DNA from: an uncultured Chloroflexia bacterium
Lineage (GTDB): Bacteria; Chloroflexota; Limnocylindria; Limnocylindrales; CSP1-4
Direction of reading: 5' to 3'
Assembly (NCBI GenBank): GCA_963732805.1
Contig: CAVTAW010000001.1
Span: forward strand, 619,095-683,094
Length of the DNA stretch: 64,000 bases
Under the pieces are notes generated by a model. That model had not been told where the DNA came from and ran no database searches. It worked only from the letters and a program-made list of their open reading frames with translations. Numbering within the stretch: position 1 is the first letter of the stretch; every line of letters starts with the position of its first letter. Position numbers and translations under genes: made by a program. Below, one piece after another: positions 20,232-29,462 of the stretch.

Positions 20232-21164
20232 ATGGAGATCCGGGTACCGCGTCCGACCACGCCGCCCCGTCGATCCCGGCCGCAGCGGGCGGCTCCCGAC
20301 GAGCTCGGGCTCGGCGTCCTCGGCCTCCAGCGGCTGGCCGGCAACACCGCGGTCGCATCGCTCATGCGGAGCGCAGCCGCCGGCTCCCGCCGGTGCGTCC
20401 AGCGTCGGGTCGAGATGCGCGACGTGGGCAGGGGAGAAGCATCGGGCTTCGCCCGGCTGCCCGAGCTCGTGGACCGGCTGAATGCCATGTCCACGGGCGT
20501 CACCTACTCGATGGACGGCAGCAACCTTGCCTACCGGGCCCGGGAGGACGGAACGGCAACGGGCTTCGACACCCAGATGATGGGGTTCATCGACCAGGGA
20601 GAGGTCATCCCGATCCGGCTGGCCAACCACGAGGGGCTGCTCGGCGACAAGGCCCACGGGTTCAACGACCGGATCACCGAGGACGCCTTCGTGTCCGGGT
20701 ACGCGGACGTCGACGACCTGCTCGCCAGCTCGGACCTCGGCCTCCAGTCGGTGCTCGTCCATTTCCTGACCGAGCGAGGCGTGACCCGCGACTACGCGCG
20801 TCGCCTGGGCACGCCCGGGCTGGAGGCATCGTTCGAGCGGGGCCACCGGCTGGGCATCGAAGCCGAGACCCGGCTCCTCCGGGACTTCTTCTCCGATCCG
20901 TCCGTGCGGTTCCTGTCCGAGCCCGAGGGCAGCAGCATCTTCCGGATCTTCCGCAATGGTCGCCGGGACACGATCCGGACCCGGGTGACAGCACGACGCG
21001 GCATCGATGCCGTCACGGTCGAGGTCGTCACCCGGCGCGATGGGGTGCGCCACACGCCCGAGGAGTACCGGGACCTGGTGGCCGCGGAGCGAGCCGCCGC
21101 CGAGGCGGCACCGGGCGAGGGAGCCGCGGGCGGGGAACCAGCCGGAGAGGCAGCGGCGCCCTGA
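20232..21164 (+). CDS. Hypothetical protein with N-terminal LQRLAGNTAV leader motif
   Basis: Internal ATG 20232 behind GGAGGGAG, 310 aa. The motif GLQRLAGNTAVASLM lies near residue 32. The body is unassignable, and the tail is Ala/Gly/Glu-rich. Confidence 0.6.
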   Translation: MEIRVPRPTTPPRRSRPQRAAPDELGLGVLGLQRLAGNTAVASLMRSAAAGSRRCVQRRVEMRDVGRGEASGFARLPELVDRLNAMSTGVTYSMDGSNLAYRAREDGTATGFDTQMMGFIDQGEVIPIRLANHEGLLGDKAHGFNDRITEDAFVSGYADVDDLLASSDLGLQSVLVHFLTERGVTRDYARRLGTPGLEASFERGHRLGIEAETRLLRDFFSDPSVRFLSEPEGSSIFRIFRNGRRDTIRTRVTARRGIDAVTVEVVTRRDGVRHTPEEYRDLVAAERAAAEAAPGEGAAGGEPAGEAAAP

Positions 21165-21335
21165 ACGGAAGCTCCGCCTCGGCCTGAGGACGCGTGCCGC
21201 GTGATACGCCCTTCGGCCCGGGCCATGGGGGCGGTTCGGCCGTAAGCGGATCGCCTGCGGGGCGCGGACAATGACCGTAATCGCGTCCCGTACCGTCGCC
21301 GCCCGACGGCGACCCGACCGAGGGGTCCAGGGACC

Positions 21336-23957
21336 ATGACCGTCGATGTGCCGGTCGGGCACGAGCCCGACCCGTTCCTCCCGTTGCCGCCGCTGAGCGC
21401 CGCCGCCGCCCGAACCGAGGCGGAGCGATGCCTGTACTGCTTCGACGCGCCCTGCACGCACGCCTGCCCCACGGGCATCGACGTCCCGTCGTTCATCCGC
21501 AAGATCGCGACCGGCAACCTTGAGGGCAGTGCCCGGACGATCCTGGCCGCGAACCCGCTGGGAGCCACCTGCGGGGCCGCGTGCCCCGTGGAGCGCCTGT
21601 GCGAGGGTGCCTGTGTCCGCAACGCGCTGGACCGGCCGATCGAGATCGGGCGTCTGCAGCGCCACGCCGTCGAGACGTATACGGCACGTGGCGGCCGCTT
21701 CTTCACACCCGGCGAGGAGGCCGGTGTCCGGGCGGCGATCGTGGGTGCGGGGCCGGCCGGTCTCGCCTGTGCCGCCGAGCTGCGCAAGGCCGGCGTCGGC
21801 GTCACCCTGTATGACGCGCACGAGCGGGCGGGCGGCCTGGGTGACCACGGCATCGTGCCCTGGCGCCTGTCGCGCGAGACGGTGGCGCTCGACGCGGCCC
21901 AGGTGGAGCACGCGGGGGCCACCTTCAGGCTGGGAGTCGCGGTCGGCCGGGACGTGGACCCGGCATCGCTCCTCGCCGACCACGATGCGGTGGTGGTCGC
22001 CGTCGGCCTTGGCCACGGCAAGCGCCTGGGCATCCCGGGCGAGGACCTCGAGGGCGTCGTGGACGCCCTCGACCTGATCGGGCAGGCGATCGACGGGGCG
22101 GCGGGCTCAGGCGACGACGGCACCGGTGGGGCGATCGTCGGCCGGCGGGTCGGCGTCATCGGCGGTGGCAGCACCGCGTTCGATGCGGCGGCCGCTGCCG
22201 TGCGCCTGGGCGCCGACGAGGTGACCCTGTTCTACCGGCGGAGCATGGTCGAGTGCCCCGCCTATCCGCACGCGATCGCGCTCGCCCGCTCGCTGGGCGT
22301 GGCGATCCGCTGGCTGAGCGCGCCCGTGGAGATCCGGGGCGACGCGGGGCACGTGAGCAGCGTCGCCTTCGAGGCCATGACGCTGGGCGAGCCGGATGCC
22401 TCCGGGCGCCGCCGGCCGCAGCCCGTGGACGGCTCGCGGCTCGAGATCGCCCTGGACACCGTGGTCCGCGCGGTCGGGCAGGCGGGACCCGACGGCGTCG
22501 ACGGCGTCCTTGCCGCGTTCGGCGTGCCGATTCGCGACGGGGCCGCTGCCGCCGACCCGGCGACCGGTCGGACCTCGAACCCCAGGGTCTGGGCCATCGG
22601 TGACATCGCCAACGGCGGCCGGGAGGTGGTCAACGCCGTCCAGGCCGGCAAGCTCGCGGCCCGCTCGATCGTGGACAGCCTCGGCCTGGGCGGTTCCCGG
22701 ATCGTCCCCGTCCGGCCCACCGACGCCACCGTGCCCGGGGTGGATCTGTTCACGGACATGGCCGGCATCCGCAGCCCCAACCCGTTCTGGCTGGCCAGCT
22801 GTCCGATCACCAACAGCGCCGAGATGGTGGCGCGGGCGTTCGACGCGGGCTGGGGCGGCGTGGTCTGGAAGACCGTCGGCGAGCCGATCCGCAACGTGAC
22901 CTCGCGACTCGGCGCGCTCGACGTGGACGGCTCCCGGATCGTCGGCCTGTCCAACATCGAGCTGATCAGCGACCGGCCCACGGAGGTCAACCTGGCCGAG
23001 ATCGCCGACATCAAGCGCCGCTACCCCAGCCAGGCCGTGGTCGTCTCGCTCATGGTCGAGTCCAAACGCGAGGCCTGGCACGACATCGTGCGCAAGGTCA
23101 ACGACACCGGCGCCGACGGCGTCGAGCTCAACTTCGGCTGTCCGCACGGGATGAGCGAGCGGGGCATGGGGGCCGCCGTCGGCCAGGTGCCCGAGTACGT
23201 CCAGATGATCACCGAGTGGGTGATGGAGGCCACCGAGGTCCCGGTGCTGGTCAAGCTCACCCCCAACGTCACCGACATCCGGCCACCTGCGCGCGCGGCG
23301 CGCGCCGGCGGTGCCGACGGGATCGCGCTGATCAACACCGTCAGCTCGCTCATCGGCGTCAACCTCGATACCTGGGCGCCGGTTCCGGACGTCCGCGGCA
23401 AGGGCAGCCACGGCGGCTACTCGGGTCCCGCGGTCAAGCCCATCGCGCTCAACATGGTCTCGGCGGTCTCGTCCGACCCCGACGTCCGCATTCCTGTCTC
23501 GGGGATCGGCGGTATCGCGGACTGGCGGGATGCGGTGGAGTTCCTGCTCCTGGGCTCAACCACCGTCCAGGTCGGCACGAGCGTGATGCACCTGGGCTTC
23601 CGGATCATCGACGACCTCGTCGACGGCCTGTCCACGTACCTGCGCGCGAAGGGCCTCCACAGCCCGTCCGAGCTGGTGGGCCGTGCCCTGCCCACGATCG
23701 GCGACTGGGGACAGCTGGACCAGGCGTTCCGGCTGCTCGCCCGGATCGACGAGGCGAGCTGCGTGCACTGCAACCTGTGCTACGCCGCCTGCAACGACGG
23801 TGCCCACCAGGCGATCCGGCTCGAGGGCTCCAACGGGACCTCGCGCCTGTCGGTGGACGGGGACTACTGCGTGGGCTGCCGCCTGTGCCAGTACGTGTGC
23901 CCGGTCGAGGGCTGCATCACGTTCGAGGAGCTTGAGGGCGCCGCCGCGATCCACTGA
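21336..23957 (+). CDS. Fused dihydropyrimidine dehydrogenase (PreT-like FAD/NAD + Fe-S half joined to PreA-like DHOD-fold half with terminal ferredoxin)
   Basis: 873 aa. CLYCFDAPCTHACP and CGAACPVERLCEGAC clusters; IVGAGPAGLACA and VIGGGSTAFDAA dinucleotide folds; NFGCPHGMSERGMGAA (DHOD-like active-site region); terminal CVHCNLCYAACND and CVGCRLCQYVCP. Confidence 0.85.
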   Translation: MTVDVPVGHEPDPFLPLPPLSAAAARTEAERCLYCFDAPCTHACPTGIDVPSFIRKIATGNLEGSARTILAANPLGATCGAACPVERLCEGACVRNALDRPIEIGRLQRHAVETYTARGGRFFTPGEEAGVRAAIVGAGPAGLACAAELRKAGVGVTLYDAHERAGGLGDHGIVPWRLSRETVALDAAQVEHAGATFRLGVAVGRDVDPASLLADHDAVVVAVGLGHGKRLGIPGEDLEGVVDALDLIGQAIDGAAGSGDDGTGGAIVGRRVGVIGGGSTAFDAAAAAVRLGADEVTLFYRRSMVECPAYPHAIALARSLGVAIRWLSAPVEIRGDAGHVSSVAFEAMTLGEPDASGRRRPQPVDGSRLEIALDTVVRAVGQAGPDGVDGVLAAFGVPIRDGAAAADPATGRTSNPRVWAIGDIANGGREVVNAVQAGKLAARSIVDSLGLGGSRIVPVRPTDATVPGVDLFTDMAGIRSPNPFWLASCPITNSAEMVARAFDAGWGGVVWKTVGEPIRNVTSRLGALDVDGSRIVGLSNIELISDRPTEVNLAEIADIKRRYPSQAVVVSLMVESKREAWHDIVRKVNDTGADGVELNFGCPHGMSERGMGAAVGQVPEYVQMITEWVMEATEVPVLVKLTPNVTDIRPPARAARAGGADGIALINTVSSLIGVNLDTWAPVPDVRGKGSHGGYSGPAVKPIALNMVSAVSSDPDVRIPVSGIGGIADWRDAVEFLLLGSTTVQVGTSVMHLGFRIIDDLVDGLSTYLRAKGLHSPSELVGRALPTIGDWGQLDQAFRLLARIDEASCVHCNLCYAACNDGAHQAIRLEGSNGTSRLSVDGDYCVGCRLCQYVCPVEGCITFEELEGAAAIH

Positions 23958-24073
23958 CGGACCGGGCCCAGGCCACTGACGAGCCGCGTCCAGGCCCCCC
24001 GGGGGGCGACGCGATAGGCTGGGGGCCGGCTTCGCGCGCGTGCCGCCGGGCAGGCGCCGAACCCCCGCCCGAG

Positions 24074-24739
24074 GTGCGACGCTCGAACGCCGTGGACACG
24101 CCCATCGTGCTGCCCGGCCGCTTCCGCGGGGTGGTGTTCGACATGGACGGCATCCTGCTGGACTCGGAGCCGCTGTGGCTGGCGACCTACCGGGAGCTCA
24201 TGCGCCGCCACGGCCACGAGCTCACGGCTGCCGACCGTGCCGCCACGCTGGGTCGGGCGCTCGACGACAGCGCCGCCGTCCTCGCGCCACGGCTCGGCCG
24301 GCCGACCCAGGCCGTCGCCGCCGAGATCGCCCAAGGCATGCTCGAGCAGTACCGCGTGGGCGCCCGGCTCCACGCGGGTGCCCGAGCGCTGGTCGAAGCG
24401 CTCGACGGCCGCGTGCCCATCGCCGTCGCCACCAACACGGACCTCGGCTTCGCGCACGAGGCGCTGGGGGCGGCGGGCCTGGGAGCGCTGCGGGTGGTGG
24501 CCTCCGGTGCGGCCCTCGGCCGCCCCAAGCCCTTCCCCGACGTCTACCTCGAGGCGTGCCGGTTGATCGGCGTCGCGCCGGGGGACGCGGTCGCGTTCGA
24601 GGACTCGCCCAGCGGCGTTCGCGCGGCGGTCGACGCGGGCCTGGTGGTGGTGGGCGTCCCCGAGTCGGGCGTCGACCTGTCCGGGTCCGGGGCCCACGCC
24701 GTGATCGCGTCGCTCACCGAGGTCGTGGTCGCGCCCTGA
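24074..24739 (+). CDS. HAD-family hydrolase (beta-phosphoglucomutase/phosphatase-like)
   Basis: 221 aa. Motif I VVFDMDGILLDSE; later VAFEDSPSGVRAAVDAGLVVVGV (motif IV). Confidence 0.8.
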   Translation: MRRSNAVDTPIVLPGRFRGVVFDMDGILLDSEPLWLATYRELMRRHGHELTAADRAATLGRALDDSAAVLAPRLGRPTQAVAAEIAQGMLEQYRVGARLHAGARALVEALDGRVPIAVATNTDLGFAHEALGAAGLGALRVVASGAALGRPKPFPDVYLEACRLIGVAPGDAVAFEDSPSGVRAAVDAGLVVVGVPESGVDLSGSGAHAVIASLTEVVVAP

Positions 24740-24751
24740 CCCCGGGGAGCA

Positions 24752-26092
24752 TCAGCTGATCGCGACCTCGTCCCGGAACGACCGGACGTCCTCCAGCCGG
24801 CGCCGGAGGGCGTTGAGGAACCGGGCGCCCATCTCGCCGTCGACGATCCGGTGATCGGCCGAAAGGGTCAGCTTCATGATCTGCCGGATGCCGATGGCAC
24901 CGTCGACCGCGACCGGGGTGGCCAACGCCGACGACACGGCGAGGATCGCCGCCTCGCCCGGATTGATGATCGCGCTGAACTCCTCGACCCCGTACATCCC
25001 GAGGTTGCTCACCGTGAACGTCGAGCCGGCCAGGTCGTCGGGCGAGATGGAGCCGTCGCGCGCCGCGGCCGCCAGGGACGCGACGCGATCGTGAAGCTCG
25101 ATGATCGGCATCCGGTCCGCGTCGCGGACCACGGGAACCACGAGCCCGGCGGGCACGGAGACCGCGACACCCAGGTGGACGCGACGGCGTGGGAAGAGGC
25201 GCTCGCCGTCGGTCCGCGAGTTGACGTCCGGGAACTCGGCCAGCGTCTGGGCGGTGGCGGACAGCACGAAATCGGTGACCGTGAGGCTGACGCCCTGGTC
25301 CTTGAGCTCCGCCCGCAGCGCGAGGATGCGGGTGACATCAACGGCCACGGTGACCGTGAAGTGGGGCGCCGTCTGCCAGCTGCTGGTGAGCCGCGCGGCG
25401 ATGGTGCGGCGCATCCGGCTGAGCGGCCGCGGCTCCTCCTCGCCGTCCACCGCCGCGACGGGGATGGGCAGCGGGGCGGGAGCGGTCGCGCCCGGGGCAG
25501 CGACCGGGTACGGCACCACAGGCGACGGCACCACAGGCGACGGCACCGCTGCCCGGGCCTCGATGGCCGCCCTGACGTCGCGCTCCACGATCCGGCCGCC
25601 GGGCCCCGAGCCGGCGACCGACAGCGGGTCGATCCCGGCGCCGGCGGCCAGCCGGCTGGCCCGCGGGCTGATCTTCACCCGGCCACCGTCGGACCCCTCG
25701 GCCGTCGCGGCGGCCAGGACCGGCGGTGGCGTCGCTACCGCCGCCGCCGAGGGCGCGGACCGCGGGCCGTCGCCGACCGAAGGCACGGGGACGGGTGCGG
25801 CAACCGTGGCCGCTGCAACGGTGGCCGCCGACGGTGCCTCGGGGACGACCTCGCCCGCCTGGCCGATCCAGCCGCAGACAGCGTTCACCGGGGCCGTGTC
25901 GCCCTCGGCCACGAGCTGCGCGAGGAGCACGCCTTCCTCGAACGTCTCCACCTCCATCGCGCTCTTGTCGGTCTCGATCTCGAACAGGACGTCGCCCTTG
26001 TGGACCGGCTCGCCCACCTCCTTGCGCCACACGGTGAGCACGCATTCCTCGGTCATCTGGCCGGGCTTGGGCATCAGGATCGGGGTGGCCAT
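24752..26092 (-). CDS. Dihydrolipoamide acyltransferase (E2) of a 2-oxoacid/acetoin-type dehydrogenase complex
   Basis: 446 aa. Lipoyl domain VLFEIETDKSAMEVE; subunit-binding SPRASRLAAGAGIDPLSVAGSGPGGRIVERDV; catalytic LSADHRIVDGEMGARFL. Confidence 0.9.
   Translation of the reverse strand: MATPILMPKPGQMTEECVLTVWRKEVGEPVHKGDVLFEIETDKSAMEVETFEEGVLLAQLVAEGDTAPVNAVCGWIGQAGEVVPEAPSAATVAAATVAAPVPVPSVGDGPRSAPSAAAVATPPPVLAAATAEGSDGGRVKISPRASRLAAGAGIDPLSVAGSGPGGRIVERDVRAAIEARAAVPSPVVPSPVVPYPVAAPGATAPAPLPIPVAAVDGEEEPRPLSRMRRTIAARLTSSWQTAPHFTVTVAVDVTRILALRAELKDQGVSLTVTDFVLSATAQTLAEFPDVNSRTDGERLFPRRRVHLGVAVSVPAGLVVPVVRDADRMPIIELHDRVASLAAAARDGSISPDDLAGSTFTVSNLGMYGVEEFSAIINPGEAAILAVSSALATPVAVDGAIGIRQIMKLTLSADHRIVDGEMGARFLNALRRRLEDVRSFRDEVAIS
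25511..25547. repeat. 15-bp in-frame tandem repeat (2.5 copies) in the E2 linker
   Basis: cggcaccacaggcga x2 plus the partial copy cggcacc. On the coding (minus) strand it gives the VPSPVVPSPVVPYPV linker. Confidence 0.8.
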
Positions 26093-26122
26093 CGCTGGGC
26101 TCCTCTCGCTCGCGTCCGGCCG

Positions 26123-28426
26123 CTAGACCAGGGTACGCACCGCGGCGACGATGTCGCCGCTGTCGGGCAGGAAGGCCTTCTCCAGGGCCTCCGCCTGGGG
26201 GCTGATCCCCGGTGCGGCACCGACCCGGCCGACCGGCGCGTCGAGGTCGTCGAACGCCTCGGCCTGGATCCGGGCAACGATCTCGTTGACGAACGAGCCC
26301 GTCAGCACCGCCTGTGCCGCCACCACGCACCGGCCGGTCTTCCGGACCGACGCCAGCACCGTGTCGATATCCAGCGGGACCAGGCTGCGCAGGTCGATGA
26401 CCTCGGCCCCGATCCCGTACGACGCGGCGAGCTCGTCCGCGGCGGCCAGCGCATCGGGCACCGCGGGGCCCCACGCGACGATCGTCGCGTCGTCGCCCGG
26501 CCGGGCCACGCGGGCTGTGCCGATGGGCGTGGTGTAGTCGCCGTCGGGCACGACGCCCTTCGTCGAATAGAGGCCCTGGCTCTCCACGAACACGACCGGG
26601 TTGTTGGTTCGGATCGCGCTCTTGAGCAGGCCCTTCGCGTCCTCGGCCGTGGCCGGATAGAGCACGTACAGCCCGGGGATATGGGTGAACAGCGACTCGA
26701 GGCTCTGGCTGTGCTGTCCGCCGTAGCCCTTGCCCGCGCCCACCGAGCAGCGGATCACGGCCGGGACCTCGACCTGACCGCCCGACATGTAGTGCCACTT
26801 GGCGGCCTGGTTCGCGATCTGGTCGGACGACATCAGCGCGAAGTCCATGTACATGAGCTCGACCACCGGGCGGAGCCCCACGATCCCGGCGCCCACGGCC
26901 GTGCCGCAGATGGTGGCCTCCGAGATCGGGGTGTTGAACACCCGGTCGCGCCCGAAGGTCTCGACGAGCCCCTTCGTCAGCTTGAACGCCCCGCCGTAGT
27001 CGGCGACGTCCTCGCCGTAGAAGATGACCCGGTGGTCGCGAGCCATCTCCTCGACCAGGGCGTCCCGGATCGCGTCGCGGTACAGGATCCGGCCGTCGGC
27101 ATCCTGCTTGGCGACCGGCGGCTCGGCGAGCAGCGGCGGCTGCGCGAACTGGGCGGGGACGACGTCCGAGGTCCCGTCCGTGTACAGCAGGTCGAGCAGC
27201 GAGGCCGGGTCGGGGTCGGTGGCCGCCGCGGCCCGTTTGGCGGCACGGGCGTTGCGCTGGGCGGCGTTGGAGAACGCGGCGCCGAGCTCATCCTCGGTCA
27301 CGAGGCCGCCGGCCAGCAGCTGGTCCCGGAGGCGCTCGATGGGGTCGACCGCCCTCCAGGCCGCCTCCTCCTCGCGGGTCCGGTACTCGTTCCGCGGGTC
27401 CGACAGCGAGTGGCCGTAGTAGCGGTACGTGGAGGCCTCGATCAGCACCGGACCCTCGCCCGCGCGACACAGGGCGGCGGCCCGGTTGACGGCGTCGCGG
27501 ACCGCGAGCACGTCCATGCCGTTGACGACCTCGGCGTGCATGTTGTCCGTCGCGAACCCGGCCGCTCGCCGGGCCAGGTGGCGGACGCCCATGACCTCCT
27601 CGTCGGTGCGGTGCGTCATGCCGTAGTGGTTGTTCTGGATGAAGAAGATGACCGGCAGGCCAAACGGGCGGTCGCCCGCCAGGTGGTTCGTCCACTGGTG
27701 CTGGGCCGCCCAGTTGAGCGATTCGAGGACCACGCCGTTCGCGTAGGCACCATCGCCCGCGAAACAGCACACGACCGCGTCGCTGCGCTGGTAGCGCCGG
27801 GCCATGGCGGCGCCGGTCGCGATCGGGACCGAACCGCCCACGATCGCGTTCGCGCCCAGGTTGCCCGTGGAGAAGTCCCCGATGTGCATCCCGCCGCCGC
27901 GGCCCCGACCGTAGCCCTCGTCCTTGCCGAACAGCTCGGCGATGACCCGGTACAGGTGCTCCTCGAGCGCGGCGGCGAGGAGCTCGTCGCGCGTCCCGTC
28001 GGTACGGCCGAGGCGGGCCTGCAGCTGCTCCAGGGTCATCTGGCGCAGCGCGGAGAAGCCCTTCGCGATCGCGTCGCCGTGGCCGCGGTGCGAGCTGGTC
28101 ACGTTGTCCGTGATCCGCAGCACGGACGAGGCGCCGACCGCCGACGCCTCCTGCCCGATCGAGACGTGCGTCGGGCCGCGGTAGTCGTAGCCCGGCAGGG
28201 GCTCGTAGCCGCCGCCGGAGCGGAGGCGAACGATCATCTCCTCCATCTCGCGGATGGCCAGCATGTCGTCGAGGAGGCCCATGGCCGCGGCCTTGTCGAT
28301 CGATGCCGACGCCACCTCGGATGCGAGATCCCCCGCGTACTGGAAGCCCTTGATCGAGCCCAGCTCCTCCTCGAACGGCAGGAAGTCGGGGCGGGTGTCG
28401 CTGCGGTAGACGGTCTCGGTGGTCAT
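26123..28426 (-). CDS. Fused E1 alpha-beta subunit (TPP-dependent dehydrogenase E1 component + transketolase-like pyrimidine-binding and C-terminal domains)
   Basis: 767 aa. Alpha part: SHRGHGDAIAKG, GGGMHIGD, TPP motif FAGDGAYANGVVLESLNWA, YRYYGHSLSD. Beta part: VIFYGEDVADYGGAFKLTKGL..FNTPISEATICGTAVGAG...HSQSLESLF. Confidence 0.9.
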   Translation of the reverse strand: MTTETVYRSDTRPDFLPFEEELGSIKGFQYAGDLASEVASASIDKAAAMGLLDDMLAIREMEEMIVRLRSGGGYEPLPGYDYRGPTHVSIGQEASAVGASSVLRITDNVTSSHRGHGDAIAKGFSALRQMTLEQLQARLGRTDGTRDELLAAALEEHLYRVIAELFGKDEGYGRGRGGGMHIGDFSTGNLGANAIVGGSVPIATGAAMARRYQRSDAVVCCFAGDGAYANGVVLESLNWAAQHQWTNHLAGDRPFGLPVIFFIQNNHYGMTHRTDEEVMGVRHLARRAAGFATDNMHAEVVNGMDVLAVRDAVNRAAALCRAGEGPVLIEASTYRYYGHSLSDPRNEYRTREEEAAWRAVDPIERLRDQLLAGGLVTEDELGAAFSNAAQRNARAAKRAAAATDPDPASLLDLLYTDGTSDVVPAQFAQPPLLAEPPVAKQDADGRILYRDAIRDALVEEMARDHRVIFYGEDVADYGGAFKLTKGLVETFGRDRVFNTPISEATICGTAVGAGIVGLRPVVELMYMDFALMSSDQIANQAAKWHYMSGGQVEVPAVIRCSVGAGKGYGGQHSQSLESLFTHIPGLYVLYPATAEDAKGLLKSAIRTNNPVVFVESQGLYSTKGVVPDGDYTTPIGTARVARPGDDATIVAWGPAVPDALAAADELAASYGIGAEVIDLRSLVPLDIDTVLASVRKTGRCVVAAQAVLTGSFVNEIVARIQAEAFDDLDAPVGRVGAAPGISPQAEALEKAFLPDSGDIVAAVRTLV

Positions 28427-28448
28427 CGGATCTCCAGGGTGTGCGGCA

Positions 28449-29408
28449 TCAGGCGTCGACGAGGAGGCGGGCGGCAGCCTCGTCGGTCACGAGGCGATGG
28501 ACGAGGCCGCTGCGAAGGGCGGCCCGGATGGCGGGCACCTTGTCGGTCCCGCCGGCGATGGCGATGACGTCCGGCACGCGACGGAGCTGGTCCTCGCGGA
28601 TGGCGATGCACCGCTCGGGCAGGCCGGCGGCCCGGACCTCGGTGCCCTCGGCATCGAGCACGATCGACGCGATGTCGGCGACGCCGCCGGCCGCGTCGAC
28701 GGCGCGGGCATCGGCGTCCGAGAGGGCGGCCCGGATGGTGGACGCGCCGGGCACCCAGGAACCGATGCCGACGACGGCCCGGGTCAGCAAGTCGAACTTG
28801 GCCAGCGTCGCCGATGCCATGGAGTCGGTCGCGAGGGCGTCGGCCATCTCGGCACTCCCGACGAGCAGCGGGACGTGGAGCGGGAAGACGGGCCCGGTCG
28901 CGCGTTCGGCGAGCCGCCGCACGAGCTCGAGCGAGTTCACCTCCAGCTGGATGGTGGGCACGCTGCCGACCAGCTGCACCACCGAGCAGGCGGGCAGCCG
29001 CGGCAGCTGCTCCACGAGGGCGTGCAGCGTACGGCCCCAGGAGATCCCCAGCACGTCCCCTGCCTCGAGGACGTCACCCAGCAGCGCGGCTGCCGCCCGG
29101 CCCAGCTGGGCGAGCTCGAGATCCCCGGCCCAGCCGGACGCGCGGACGACGACCGCGCCCCGGATCCCATGGAGGCGAGCGAGCTCGTCGGCGAGGTCGA
29201 GGTCGAGGTCGGGCAGCGGGACGATGTCGATGCGGACGATCCCGTCCCGGCGGGCGCGCTCGAGCATCCGCGCGACCTTGAACCGCGACACCCCAAGCTC
29301 CGTCGCGATCTCGCTCTTGCTGGCGCCGTCGAGGTAGTAGCGCCGGCAGGCGAGCACGGTCGTGAGCAGGTGCAGGCGCGATGGCGAAGCGCTGGGCTCG
29401 GTGGCCAC
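28449..29408 (-). CDS. SorC/CggR-family sugar-binding transcriptional regulator
   Basis: 319 aa. N-terminal HTH RRYYLDGASKSEIATELGVSRFKVARMLERARRDGIVRIDI, followed by a sugar-phosphate-binding domain. Confidence 0.85.
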   Translation of the reverse strand: MATEPSASPSRLHLLTTVLACRRYYLDGASKSEIATELGVSRFKVARMLERARRDGIVRIDIVPLPDLDLDLADELARLHGIRGAVVVRASGWAGDLELAQLGRAAAALLGDVLEAGDVLGISWGRTLHALVEQLPRLPACSVVQLVGSVPTIQLEVNSLELVRRLAERATGPVFPLHVPLLVGSAEMADALATDSMASATLAKFDLLTRAVVGIGSWVPGASTIRAALSDADARAVDAAGGVADIASIVLDAEGTEVRAAGLPERCIAIREDQLRRVPDVIAIAGGTDKVPAIRAALRSGLVHRLVTDEAAARLLVDA

Positions 29409-29462
29409 GCCCGAAGCCTAGACCCCGATCATTCGAGCGTCAAGCGCTCAAAGGAGCGCAGG

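Noticed and set aside
24851-28567. 1238-aa plus-strand ORF
   Set aside because: It lies antisense to the E2 and fused E1 genes, which have clear family motifs. Its composition is a junk Arg/Gly/Asp/His mix.
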